A stretch of 61,607 nt of DNA, filler included, from Choristocarpus tenellus KU-1152 (Eukaryota > Protista > Phaeophyceae): NCBI GenBank assembly GCA_964200185.2. It is 8 parts of 8 records of this genome, joined end to end, with 100 filler letters (N's around TTAATTAATTAA, not from the genome) between each part and the next. Parts side by side here need not be neighbours in the genome. Positions count along the whole stretch, not along the records: positions 1 to 3,349 come from CAXNAD020020636.1; positions 3,450 to 7,581 come from CAXNAD020016060.1; positions 7,682 to 11,664 come from CAXNAD020016802.1; positions 11,765 to 14,301 come from CAXNAD020026963.1; 4 more parts are not named here. One strand, 5' to 3'. The position numbers and the translations under genes were made by a program. Under the pieces are notes generated by a model, which saw only the letters and a program-made list of their open reading frames with translations, ran no database searches and was not told the DNA's origin. Of this stretch, positions 1-12,002 are shown in pieces (the stretch's first letter is position 1; the number at the start of each line of letters is the position of its first letter).

Positions 1-30
1 CCCCCCCCCCCCCCCCAGATACTTTGAGTC
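1..30. mobile_element. MITE family A, right end
   Basis: C-run followed by AGATACTTTGAGTC terminus. Confidence 0.7.
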
Positions 31-1475
31 TTGTTACCTCAAGTATGACTTACCTTCGGATGTACACCCATGTCATTGAACTCAAGGGATGGGCGAGGTT
101 GAGAGAGACTATTTGGTATTCTATGGTGCCAGGTGATTGAATACTGTTCGGGTGCTGTGTCAAGAGAATGAATGTAGGAGGTTTAGCTATCTGCTGCTCA
201 ACTTGCAATCTCAACTTATTTGTGTTTTAACACTTGTCTGAGAGCAGCAAAGAGTGCAACAGAACAGCTAGGTGACTTGCAGCTACGCATGTTTGCACTA
301 AATAGAAGTCTGTACTCTTTAGAAATGTAGGACAATGTAGTTGTAGTGGTCGTCTACCCACTGAGGGACTTCAGATTCCACACATTATTGCCTCATACTT
401 GTCATCACAACGTAAATGTATACTCATCGAGGGCGATACTTTATTAAAAAAGTTATTGTATGTGCCAATATTTTTGAGGAAGTGGTGCTCAAGCATGATC
501 CTACGCACGATAAGCAAGGCATGAACTGGAGCAGAATAAAATTTGTAGTCATAGCAACAGTAGTCCTGGGTTGTTACAGTATTATTATTAAAGTACCTCG
601 AAATACTAGTTTACACCAGGTATTGATACCTTTGTAGTCTTTACAACGATTAATTATGTCCAAACATCCTGTAAAGTATTATATAGAGATGTAGTACATT
701 TATACCAGTTGCTTCTACAGAGATACATAAACATTTCGACACTGTACATCCGCATATTATGCTAGTAATTCTGTGTGCTCAAGGGAATATTGAGGGAAAT
801 GTGCAAAACAACAAGACACGATTAGTTCGCGAGCCAGGTCTTTGAGTAGGAGAATGCTTGACGGGAAGGATTTGTGGTGCGGACATGTTTTCCTACCATG
901 TGAATTACATACTGTGAAGTACAACATGGATAAAGTATGCACTTATTCTAAATCCCAAGGGTGTTAATCGAGAATTTTGTGCAACCTAAATTACAGAGTT
1001 GGAATGATTGGAGACACACGAAGTCATTCAATTTCCCAGTCCACACACGTTGCTTAACAACAACAAGCCTCTCCCCCATGAAGGCAAAGTTCATCATCCT
1101 AAAGTATCATCATTATGCGCTCATCATGCATCAAGCGATAGACAAACACACCTCTCTCCGTACACATGGATTCTTCTTCCATCGTCTTTGTCTGGCAGTG
1201 ACGCTACGTGAAGAATAATATCTGGTATATAGTGAATAGTGAGTTTGAGTTCGAGTAGGTGTGAAACGGGCATTGTCCAACAATTTCACACGATATTTTT
1301 CTAGTGTGGTGTGTGTAGCATAATAATAAACGTAGAAATAATTTTGTATGGGCGCCTTCTACGTGTTACGAACGCCTCCTTTCGCATCTTGGCAATTCCA
1401 ACTCTGACCTACCTTACCATCTAACTTGCGCTGCAGCCTGTACCCCAAACTAGGGCCAGGGTTGCAGGCAGGACG

Positions 1476-2377
1476 ATGGATGGAGCATATGCTCAAGAAT
1501 CGAAACCTGATGGAGGACAGAGGGAGAGTGGAAGGAGTGCGGCGTCTCCTTCTAAAGTAAGTGTCAAGCCAGTGAGAGTGAACAAAGCAGGCCCTTCAAG
1601 TCCGGAGGCGTGTTGCTCTCTTAGAAGTGTTAATGGTGCGCGCTATTCAGACTACTTTCTTAGCTTTCATTGCCTTATCAGTCTTTTAACTGGTCGCATA
1701 TCGAGGGCCCTTTCCATGGGTTCATATGCTCAGGAAGGAAATTATCATGCTCTATTCATAGTTGACCGTCAACTTCCGACGCAGGATATGGACCTACCTA
1801 ACTGTAGGCCTCGTTCTCTATCTTCTATAAACGTCTTCGTTCGTCAACAGGAGCAGTGCCCGTCCCCCCTTCACCGAAACTATCCTTCCTCTGCCACTGT
1901 CCTATAGTTCAATTCCTTCCTTACCCATGCGAACAACTGGTCCCACGTTACACTGAACTCCCCGCACTGAATTCGTCCCTTGCCAAGGCTCCCGCTCTTC
2001 CACCTCGAACCAATGATAATGGCCTCAACTCTGGAAGTCGACCTGGCAGTAGGATGAGCAGCCCACCTCCACGGATCAACACGGCGTCGCCACCTCCTAG
2101 ACATGAGTCCTGCACTCCGTCGGAATACCTATCACCTTCTTCAACCGCAGGCTCTCTTTCCTCCACTGCTGCCGACTTCGGGAGGGAAGAATTCATTGCT
2201 AGTCCAGTGAGCCCTGCATTTTCTGTTGGAATGGGAGGAGGAATGGATGGTGGTCACTTCCATGACGTGGATGACGTCGTTGCACCAACCTTGAGCGTGT
2301 ACGATCCCGAACAGCTGTGGATGTACGTCGAGCGACCGCTCATGGTGTACATGCCCCTGCGCCAGCTTGAGGCCAAG
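1476..2377 (+). CDS. Partial spliced gene, unknown Ser/Pro-rich protein (5' exons only)
   Basis: Exon1 1476-1556 (MDGAY...SPSK|gtaagt). Exon2 1988-2377 (ccttgccaag|APALPPR...LRQLEAK|gtaagc). Both junctions phase 0, GC-richer than flanks. No family motif recognised; downstream exons not found before the linker at 3350. Confidence 0.55.
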
Positions 2378-3349
2378 GTAAGCCATCCAGTACTTGGAGT
2401 TCTCCCGCAGTGCCCAGGTGCATCTGGATGCCCTTTGTGTTTTGTTACCCTTGCAGATGTTTTTACACCATTAATTATTAACACCACGTTACCGAAGAGG
2501 GTTCCACGATGTTTGAGAGCCGCTGCTCCTTGCTACTCAAAGAGTGTATGCAATAACGTACCGCAAAATGCTCAACGGATGCGAATCTCCCTAAGTACAC
2601 GAGAAGTAAGTCGCAATCGATTTTTTTTTTTTCTCTCTTTTCCTACCATAAAACTTCGCTTGAAGTTGCTGCTCTCTCTAGAAGTTTGCACAAACTGGCA
2701 GGGTCAATCCAACCTGTGTGTCTCGAAAACCTTTTGGAGATTCATCTACTTGCACTATCAGTAGAATTCAATAGCGTAAGACTAGTTTTTATCTAATCCA
2801 TTGTGCGAGATGGCAATTTGTTCAACCTGTAACCCCAAAGCCTAATGTAGTCGGACGATACTGTTGTTCTCAGTGAACTTCGGGTGTAGAGTTTTGTCAG
2901 AATTAAAGGAAAAAATTATACCGACTCTCTGCTCTGTTGCTGGCCTTGTGTAATACTACTAAGTAGTAGTATAGAGTTCTTTTTTCGCCCCTCTTTCAAT
3001 TCAGTATTTTACTAATGAAATGGAGTTGCTCTGGTGTAGTGAGTATCGGTTTGAATGCACCTGGGTGGAAGTATTGTAAGTCAAAGGGTGAAGCGACATA
3101 TCTTTGTACTATTTTTTTTCACCTTCCTCATATTTTGCTTTCTTTCTCAAGTACCCATTCTGGTCCCCATAATCAAAGCATTTTTTTTTTTTCTATTACA
3201 ATTTAGTTCAAAACATACAAAAATAGTAGTTACACCTTTGTACACAAGGTCTTTACTGTTTATACTCTTGAGTATGTAAAGCCTATCTCCGCCATCTCTC
3301 CCAACCCAATCCCACCTCATCCCAGGAGGTGCGCTTCACTTAGCCCCCC

Positions 3350-3449
3350 NNNNNNNNNNNNNNNNNNNNNNNNNNNNNNNNNNNNNNNNNNNNTTAATTA
3401 ATTAANNNNNNNNNNNNNNNNNNNNNNNNNNNNNNNNNNNNNNNNNNNN
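3350..3449. other. Artificial contig linker (also 7582-7681, 11665-11764, 14302-14401, 18773-18872, 35476-35575, 48652-48751)
   Basis: Identical N44-TTAATTAATTAA-N44 at all seven sites; the 12-mer places stop codons in all six frames. Confidence 0.97.
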
Positions 3450-3863
3450 TAGGTAAAATGTATATGTTATGAAAAGGTGTGTCCGAAACATAGATATTGG
3501 CATTTCCTAACAAACATGATAGCCAAAATTATATTAAAATGGCAACATTAGATTTTGACCCCCAAATGGACACGGCTCTACCCTCTAAGATACTTTTCCC
3601 CTTTAAGTGAAAGTATATTACGGGGTAGGAGTTTTGCCCTGGTTGTCCATTTGGGGCTTGGATTCACATGTTATTTTTATGACATTTTACCTACTCCGAA
3701 ATTTTTTAGAGTAAGTAAGAAATGTGTATGTTATGAAAATGTGTCTGGAACAAGGATATTTTCACTTCCTAACAAACATGATGGACAAAATTCCATCAAA
3801 CTTTCATCATTAGATTTTTGCCGCCAAAAGGACGCGGCTCTACCCTCTAAGATGCTTCGACTC
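3450..3863. mobile_element. Two head-to-tail MITE family B copies (first truncated by the gap)
   Basis: CTACCCTCTAAGATRCTT termini end near 3600 and 3863; the second copy starts AAGTGAAAGTATATTACGGGG at 3605. Confidence 0.8.
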
Positions 3864-4499
3864 TCAACTCAGAAGATTCCTGTGTGTCCTAAGAGAGTCA
3901 GACAAGAGTTGTTCAAGGAGCTCGATGTGGAAAGGGGTCATCAGGCTACCGATATATATCAAGCGCCTTGTAGGTGCATCACTGCCATCCACAAGCTTGT
4001 GGATTGGAGCTACACATCCCGTGGAGGTAAGCTATAGAGTAACATACGTGCGGTCCACAATTCACTCTCATCTGTGATACAGTTCAAGAGTTGAAGCTGA
4101 TCTTTTCGTGGTCTGTATTTTTTTGAGGTTACACTTTAGTGGGTATCCTCACTCACTCTGATCAAAATGCGCAACCTGCCTTTTTTGTCATTTTGCAACG
4201 ATGGCATAGTGACTTGGTCACAACTTGTCTCAGAAACAGGTGTAGCAGTAACACTGTTACAGGACGATCGTCGCATGTTTCGTACTACTCAATATAATGT
4301 GTTGTGAATCGAAATAATTTTGTAACATGTTTTAAATCGGCGAAATTTTTCGATGTACTCGATTATAATCGAACCATGCGCGAAGCGCACGGGGTGAGAG
4401 GCCCTCGCGTGGTGAGGTGCCATGCCAAATGCGGGAATTTTTGGAGGCACTGTTAATTTCTGAATGACTTTTACCTGTATTATATGTATGTCTAGGAGA

Positions 4500-5440
4500 A
4501 GAAGGGACTGAACAGATATTCCTTAAAGTGGACAGGAAAACAATATCAAGGAAGGCTAAAACACGATTTGTGGCTAAGACATTGCCCTTCTTGTGCACCT
4601 ACTACACAATTTGGCCATACCATGTATTTGTGGACGATATGTATGACTGCATGCATATGGACGAGAAATGGTTTGAGGTGATGTCAGTGAGAAACTGAGA
4701 CTGACAGTAAAGAGTTAGGGTCAATTCAACTGTACTATTAATAGACCTGTTGCTAGATTCAATGGGGAAAAAAATCATCCCATGTTTGAGGATGAGTAGA
4801 CAGAATTAGTCAAGCACAAAACAAGGAAGAAGGACTGTCACATTTCTTCCACCACATCAGGATCACCACACTTCACTGGGTATAGATATTGATGTCGACA
4901 CTACTTCCATGGAATATGTATCACCGCGAATTCAGATGGGGGTGATGAGGTGAAAAGCTCCCCTTTAATAGTCACATTCCTGAGTAGGAGAGAAGTGGAA
5001 AGGGCATCGGTGATGATGATGCTATTATTGTGTCGAGGGCTCCTTCTCTTCCAACTGCAAACAGCCTTGTTGCCATCAAGAAAGAGTACTTTAGTCTAGG
5101 TCGACTTTGAGAAAAAGGAAAGCCTAATTAGCTGGTAGTACCTTGTCCAGCACAGTGAAATACAAGGGGGAGGACAAGGAAGCACCAGATAGTGCCAACA
5201 AACGGAAATATGTATCTTTGTCCTAGAATAGGTGAAGGGCTGAACTTCCTATTCACACATAAGGTGAATGAGGTGAGTGTAGCTGAGCAATATGATGTGT
5301 ATACGAGGACACTCGTACAAAGTAGAATCAGAATTCCAACGCGCCCAGTAGCTTACCATGATGGGATTTTTCAATTCTAATCCTCAAAGTCTGTAGACAG
5401 ATGGTGAAACTTGATGGCGGTGCATCACAATTGTGTCAGT
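4500..5440 (+). mobile_element. Decayed mariner (plant/oomycete DD39D-like) transposase remnant
   Basis: 4621-4698 reads HVFVDDMYDCMHMDEKWFEVMSVRN*, the MY.VVHIDEKWF first catalytic-Asp motif. KVDRKTISR HTH-like piece upstream; weak C-terminal-like ILKVCRQMVKLDGG near 5380-5420. Stops and frameshifts throughout. Confidence 0.65.
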
Positions 5441-6499
5441 GCCCGACAACCAAACGGAAATGGATGGTAATATCAGGTAGCAGTTAGACTAACGTACAGT
5501 TCTTTCAGGTTTAGTATACAACTTATTCACATAATTGCAATGTAAGTATGAGAACCACGACTGTAATACAAAAAATCATGAGTTTTTAGAACCTGCAATA
5601 CAACTGAAGGCTAGATATTTATTCTGCAGGCAAAGCACGATTTTTGCCAAGAAGTCACCTGAAGCACATGCAGGGCTTTGATAGTTGGTAAATATGCGTG
5701 AGAATCTATCTTCATTGCAAAAGGATGACAAGCGTTTTGCTGCATGGATAGATTGGCAGTGTCAATGAGGAGGCGGTAAGGGGTGGCGTGCACTCGTGAT
5801 AAATATTGCTTAAGTAGTTTCTGCAACGTTGACAAAACTACGTTGTCCTCCAAGATCTTTCCCCACGCAAAGTGTATCTTACTCCTAGAGAAAACAGGAA
5901 AACAACAGTGAGGGTTATCAAGGGCGTGATGACAAAGGAGGACCATGTCTCACCTCACAAATGCATGCATGCCAGAATTCACAAAAGGCTGATGTTTAGA
6001 GAGCTCATTCACTGAAGGGTATTGTAAATATGTTGTTCCTGTTCTCTGCACCAACAATTTTGACTGCACACACATGGCAATTCGCATGGACATAATTCCT
6101 TTTATAGTACAAGTCAAGCACATGTGTACCACTCTTGTTAACAAATATATATATATATATATATATATTTGAGTAGTTGCAGTCCTTTTTTGAAGAATGA
6201 AAAGGTTAAGAATATTGTACGAACATATTCCTCATAAAAATATAAAAAGTGAACTTCCCCTAATACAACCTGTCGATCAATAAGAAGGCATGTTTATTTG
6301 TGTTTTGACCGTGGGCTTTTGATGCAAGTATACCTTAAGATGGTTCACCCACTGTAAAACCATATTTTATACCACCATTGTCACTGCGAGGCGAGACTTG
6401 AACTCACCATTCCTCTCCCCTATAGGGGGATTTTTTTACGAGTAAACTTCCTAACCAAGCAAGGATTGTAATACGTCTGACAAGAAAAAGAAAACTCTA

Positions 6500-7115
6500 T
6501 GATTGCCCGACAAGGAAGTATGTACGTATCTCTTATCGTACAAAACCAGTCAATAATGAAGTGACGTGAAAGGGCTGAAGGGGGAAGTTGAAGTATCGAT
6601 GTTATACTCCTGAATTTTGAACCAGAAAAGAATCGAGTTATACACAGGATAAGGAACATACCTTCATTATTTACTATCTACACTTCAATGCACTTCTAGC
6701 GATCAAGTGGGTGCACAGGGTCGGATGTTTGTGAAATCAGGTTGAGTTGTAGTTAGGTGGTTTGATCAAGTGAAGGTACATTGGCACAATCATTGTTAGT
6801 GTTGTGTTGTCTTTATCCTCGCCTGCCCATGTTTTTGATGTAGAGTTGTTGAACTCGATGGTCTTCCATGCTCGTAAAACATACAGATTGATTACAGTAA
6901 ACGGGAAACGACACTCCAGAAGTTTGATGTTCAAAAAGTTACTTGGAAGAAATAATTTGTTCACCTGACGTGTATGCAGCCCGAGACTTCCGCCTTTCGT
7001 TTATGTTGTTATCAACTGATGGGGAGGATGCAAGCGTGAAGCAAAAATACTCTTGTAACCACCAAAACCACTATCAACACTGCAGAACCACAGTTTCATC
7101 AGTGCCAGAAAGAAA
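6500..7115 (-). repeat. Old dispersed repeat, inverted homolog of 46730-47320
   Basis: Colinear shared blocks on opposite strands: GTGTTGAT..GGTTTTGG.GG.TACAAGAGT, ACTTCTGGAGTGT, GAAGGTA.GTT.CTTA and CTTCAACTTCCCCCTTCA. Confidence 0.7.
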
Positions 7116-7116
7116 C

Positions 7117-7339
7117 GTGCCAAACTAATTGAGAGGTAGGCAGGTTTGGACCCTTTTGCATTCTGAGCCATCTTTCTTTCCCTTGTACAATCCACTCTAT
7201 TTCGTTTCCCTCTTTCCACACCCAAAGTGACATCACAATTCAGCCAAGGCTGTTTCTGCAATTGTAGAAAATTGCATATTTTGTCCTTTCTCGGGATCCT
7301 TAAGGTGCAACCTTGCCGACGTCTCAACTGGTTTGGGTC
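7117..7339. mobile_element. MITE family C
   Basis: GTGCCAAACTAATTGAGAGG ... CTCAACTGGTTTGGGTC TIRs; internal homology to copies at 24030, 24554, 44122 and 48183. Confidence 0.8.
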
Positions 7340-7441
7340 AATGAGATCCTCTCAAGGTGGATACAAGAGTGAATGAGCTTCCGTCACATCCTAAATCCCC
7401 TTTCCCCGAGTTATTGAACAGGTTTCCTTTTGTGATGCATG

Positions 7442-7581
7442 GGCTGAAAGTATCTGGGGGGGGGGTGGCGGCTGTCCATTTGGGGTCAATTTCTTCATGT
7501 CACAATTTTTGGGTGATTTGGTTGCATATGTCTGATGGATAATGTAAACACACTTTTCCTGATTTTGACCCAAATGGACAC
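7442..7581. mobile_element. MITE family A (truncated by gap)
   Basis: GGCTGAAAGTATCT(G)n...GTCCATTTGGGG...GGTGATTTGGTTGCAT core. Confidence 0.8.
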
Positions 7582-9358
7582 NNNNNNNNNNNNNNNNNNN
7601 NNNNNNNNNNNNNNNNNNNNNNNNNTTAATTAATTAANNNNNNNNNNNNNNNNNNNNNNNNNNNNNNNNNNNNNNNNNNNNGGTGTGGGATGTGTGGGGG
7701 GGTGTGGGGGGGTGGAAGGGAGCTATCGACCAAATTCTGGAAATTTCCTGATATCCATACCCATGGATTTGAGAAATTGGAGTTCGACGAGGAGGGTTTT
7801 AGTGTGATATGCGATGGCGGTGGTTGTTAGTGCTGATGGCACGACTAGTTTTGATATTTACCGTTTAAGTGGTATGTTGGTATAATGTCTGTGTTGTCAG
7901 ATCATATACCAACATTTTGTTTTTGTTCAATGCAACAAACCACTGACTCACTAACAAACAACACGATGTTGTGTTCACATTTATTTATTTTTTGTAGTGA
8001 GTGTGTGCGTGTGTGTGTGTCTAAAAAACTCATATTTTATTTTATTTTTGAAGCTAGACACTCTTATTAACCTCACTCAATAAGGGGTAAGGGTTAGGGT
8101 TAGGGGAGGGGCAATACTCTTTCCAATAGTCCCTACCCTTTCCCACCATAATGAAACATGAAACTGTAGAGACATGCGTGTGCAATGACTTTGTACTCCC
8201 TTCAACAGGTACCCTTGCAATAATCAGCTGTAGGTAGGTAGGTAGGTAGGTAGGTAGGTAGGTGTCCATACACATGACTACTATTAAATATCACATATCG
8301 GATCATTACATAAACCCCTCTGCCGTGCCCCTACATTAAAAAAAAAACTATCATATCCCACTACATCATTCAGCATTGCACAAAATCTTCACCAATTAAA
8401 ATATGGCCAAATTTTGGCATAGAGGCGAGCACAGCCATGAATGAGAAGCCTGAGTATATGTATAATTTAATAGACACACATATCATATATTCACCCTGTA
8501 TACACCACTACAACCAACCCTTTCAGAACAGAATTAGAGCCACTCTCCTCCAACTCTAACCTTCGAAAGGTATACCCTCATCATACAAATATGCAATATT
8601 TACTTTTATTACATAAAAACTCAACCCCGACCACTTCACACATCTCTCCTCAATAAAAATAAAATAAAATAAAAACAAGAAATGAAACCCACTTATTACT
8701 GCCCCTTTTTTCATCTTTTGTTTATTACTCATTGCATTCAAACCTAGTACTAGAGAAGTATGAAGTATTATTATTATTATTATTATTAATATTAATATAG
8801 TGAAAAAAAAAAGCTCCAATAGCTGTTAGAAACAAAACAAACCTAGTCCAAGTGGTCAACGAGTCGTCTCTACAATACTTCACAACAAACGTATCACACA
8901 TCCTAACCCTAACCCTATCAATGCCAATACATTCACGCCAAAATCCTGTAGCCACCACAAAATTATGCAACACCTCAACCCTAACACCTCCGAGTACATT
9001 CAAAAACATTCTAGTAAATAAAAGCAGCGCCCAGCGCTCAACATATTTGAATCTACGATTCCGTTCTCCTTCTCATTCGAACTGCATCCAAAACAACAGA
9101 GACATCCAACGCATCACAAAATCGAATCTATGATTCCACTCTCCTTCGCCCTCAAAAAAAAAAAAAAAAAGATCAAAAAAAAAAAAGCAAAGCCTCTCCC
9201 AACAACAAAAAAAACAAAAAACAAACCCACCACCCCAAAAAAAAAAAACCACCACTACAAAAACAAGAAAACAAGAAACGGAGCCCCCAACATAAAAAAA
9301 AAAGCCCAGCAGAGAAAAAAACAACTTCCTCTCACCCTCCTTCCTCAACCTTCCTCAC

Positions 9359-11557
9359 CTTTCTGTACGAGACCAGCGACATGTCCCTGCCTGGCCTTGG
9401 AAGCACTCTGCCAATGGACCCCAAGAGCGATGTCCCAAGGAGGTCAGTTCCCGCGGCATGTAAGAGCTGCTCCAAATACTTATTCCCTGGGATGACGTCA
9501 TCATCTATGATCCACACAAAGTCAGTTGGTGCCGTAAGCGCCAACTGAAAAAATAAAAATAATTGTTGAAAAAATTCGAGCAGGTCGAGGGAGGAAAAGG
9601 AGCCGGTGTGTGAAAAGAAATGGAAAAGAGCTGGTGTGTGAGAAGCGATAAAAGGAGCCGGTGTGTGAAAAGAAATGAAAAAGAGCTGGTGTGAGAGAAG
9701 CAATGAAAAGGAGCCAGTGTGTGAGAAGAAATGAAGAAGAGCCGGTGTGTGAGAAGCGATGAAATGGGACTTGACAAGGACATTTGACACAAAAGGAGGC
9801 ATGCCAAACATTGAGAACAGGTATGGTTTCATTGCCGTTCGTGTCAAGGTGCACAATACCAGGGCAAAGGGCACTGAATGGATAATGATGCCATACAAAG
9901 AGGGTCATTTTAACACCAACAAAACCACCTGCATATATTTCTTGACCAATAGGATCAATGGATTGAACAGTCTTATCCAATAGCATGGATGCACTCAATC
10001 ATCTTAGCCAGTAGGACCAATGGATTCAACAGTCTTATCCAAAAGCATGATTGTGCATTCCATCATCTTAGCCAATAGGACCAATGGATTCAACAGCCTT
10101 ATCCAATAGCATGAGTGTGCATTCCATAATCTTAGCCAATGGGACCAACGCATTCGATCACCGTAGCTGAGAGGACCAATGCATTCAAACATCCAAGCCA
10201 ATAGAATCAATGCAGTTCAACATCTTAGCCAATAGCATCAACGCATCCAATCACCCTGCCATCCCGTGAAGCTTGGGCAACAAAGTCGATCCCATCAAAA
10301 CTTTAAAAAAAAACAATATAATAAACAAGAACAATATTCATTCCACGATTACAACCATGCTGTACTGAATAAATGTCAATCTCATCTTCAAGTGCACAAA
10401 ATGTCTCCCTAACCCTAACTGAAGAGCATATCATATCATATATACTTAATATGGGTTTTGACACATGGCACGTCATGCTACAATGTTGACACTCAAAACC
10501 ATTTCCTACGCCGTTTCTATTTCCCAGACCACATACAACTCTTAGCCAATAGGACCAATGTATTTAATCATCTCAGCCAATAGGACTGATGCATCCAATC
10601 ATCTCAGCCAATAGGACCGATGCATTCAACCATCTCAGCCAATAGGATCAACACCTTACACTATCTTTGTCGTACTTTTTATGTTTACACTGAAACCAGT
10701 CTATTTCATTCCTATTTCAATCCCATTTCACAACACACACACGCAAACAGAGTATTTATTGTTATTTTTATTCTTAATCTAGTAAACAAAGTGTTATTTT
10801 TATTCTTAATCTAGTAAACAGAGTATTTATTTTTATTCGTATTCTAGTAAACAAAGTGTTTATTGTTATTCTTAATCTTAATCTAGTAAACAGAGTATTT
10901 ATTTTTATTCTTAATCTAGTAGCCAAGTGGTAACAATGATAAAAAATACAATTTGGCAGACAAGCAGACAAACAACAAACACCCCTTCGCAGAATCCTAA
11001 CAATATATATACAATATATATACAATATATATATTGTTTTTTTCATCTAACTTGACTGTGGGAAGAGTTTAACACTGTGCTGTGATGAGAGGTGTCAAGT
11101 CCAAGGTGCAAACCTCTATTAAGTACAAGGTACAACCATAAGGGTACAACCCAGACAAATATTATTCATACAAAAAAAAGGAAATCCCCAATGCCGCAAA
11201 AGATACATGACAAAGAAGGGTACAGCTACCTCAATCACAACAGGCACAGTCTCAATCAATGCAATCACAAGCCCTTTTCTAGTGCTACACAGCTGAAAAA
11301 AAATTACAAAAAATGCTGCCATAACGATATAAATATATATACATAATCCTTTTTTTTTAACTGTTCCCAGACATTTGGTTCTTAAAAGGTATACCCTAAG
11401 AACAGACTGACAAGAAGAGACACTTGCACACCTGGAACCGACCATAGAACTTGAAGTTGAAGTCGCTGACAACAACCCTTATGTTCTTGTAGGACGAACC
11501 ACGTACCACCTGTAAGGCGTAATTCTGAGCCGGAGCATTGAACACGCACACCCACAC
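9359..11557 (-). CDS. Two internal exons of a GT2-family (GT-A fold) glycosyltransferase, At5g60700-like
   Basis: Exon 11557-11432 VWVCVFNAP...SDFNFKFYGRFQ and exon 9544-9359 LALTAPTDFVWIIDDDVIPGNKYLEQLLHAAGTDLLGTSLLGSIGRVLP...SYRK. Both phase 0 with AG/GT ends. DDD metal-binding motif; the KYYGRFQ..DDD.IPG..LGSIGR.LP pattern matches plant At5g60700-type proteins as recalled. Confidence 0.85.
9595..9765. repeat. Minisatellite, about 27-28-bp unit x6 (alternating variants)
   Basis: GAGCYRGTGTG.GA.AAG.RAT units. Confidence 0.85.
9940..10652. repeat. CCAAT-containing minisatellite, about 30-32-bp unit, two blocks (9940-10250, 10538-10652)
   Basis: TCTTAGCCAATAGGACCAATGCATTCAA-like units. Confidence 0.8.
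10745..10920. repeat. AT-rich minisatellite, about 30-42-bp unit x5
   Basis: TTCTTAATCTAGTAAACARAGTRTT units. Confidence 0.85.
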
Positions 11558-11564
11558 CTTAAAA

Positions 11565-11617
<53 letters not shown>

Positions 11618-12002
11618 CAGAGAGAGAACAAGGGGAGGGGGAGAGGGGGGTGGGGGGAGGCTGTNNNNNNNNNNNNNNNNNNNNNNNNNNNNNNNNNNNN
11701 NNNNNNNNTTAATTAATTAANNNNNNNNNNNNNNNNNNNNNNNNNNNNNNNNNNNNNNNNNNNNGATGCGCTGTGCTCCCCTGCCCTCCTACGCCTCAGC
11801 CTAGGGTTAGGGCGAGAGGAGCGTAAGAGCTAATCAACGAGGAGGAAAACCCACAGACATGTACGTACATCAGCCATTCGAGTTTCTGTGCTCTACATTG
11901 CAAAACAAATTCCATTACCCCTCTTTTTAGCTCCAATTAAACAATGCGCAAGCAAGCAGAGTACTATTTGCCAACTAACGACGGACATCATCGTTCGCGC
12001 AG

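Noticed and set aside
3394-3405. Recurrent TTAATTAATTAA palindrome as a biological motif
   Set aside because: Always centred in exactly 44+44 N; an assembly linker.
9073-9495. Lys-rich and Phe-rich ORFs
   Set aside because: Translations of low-complexity A-runs and of the antisense strand of the GT2 exon.
9940-10652. CRISPR-like array
   Set aside because: Units are contiguous and degenerate with no unique spacers; intronic eukaryotic context and no cas genes.
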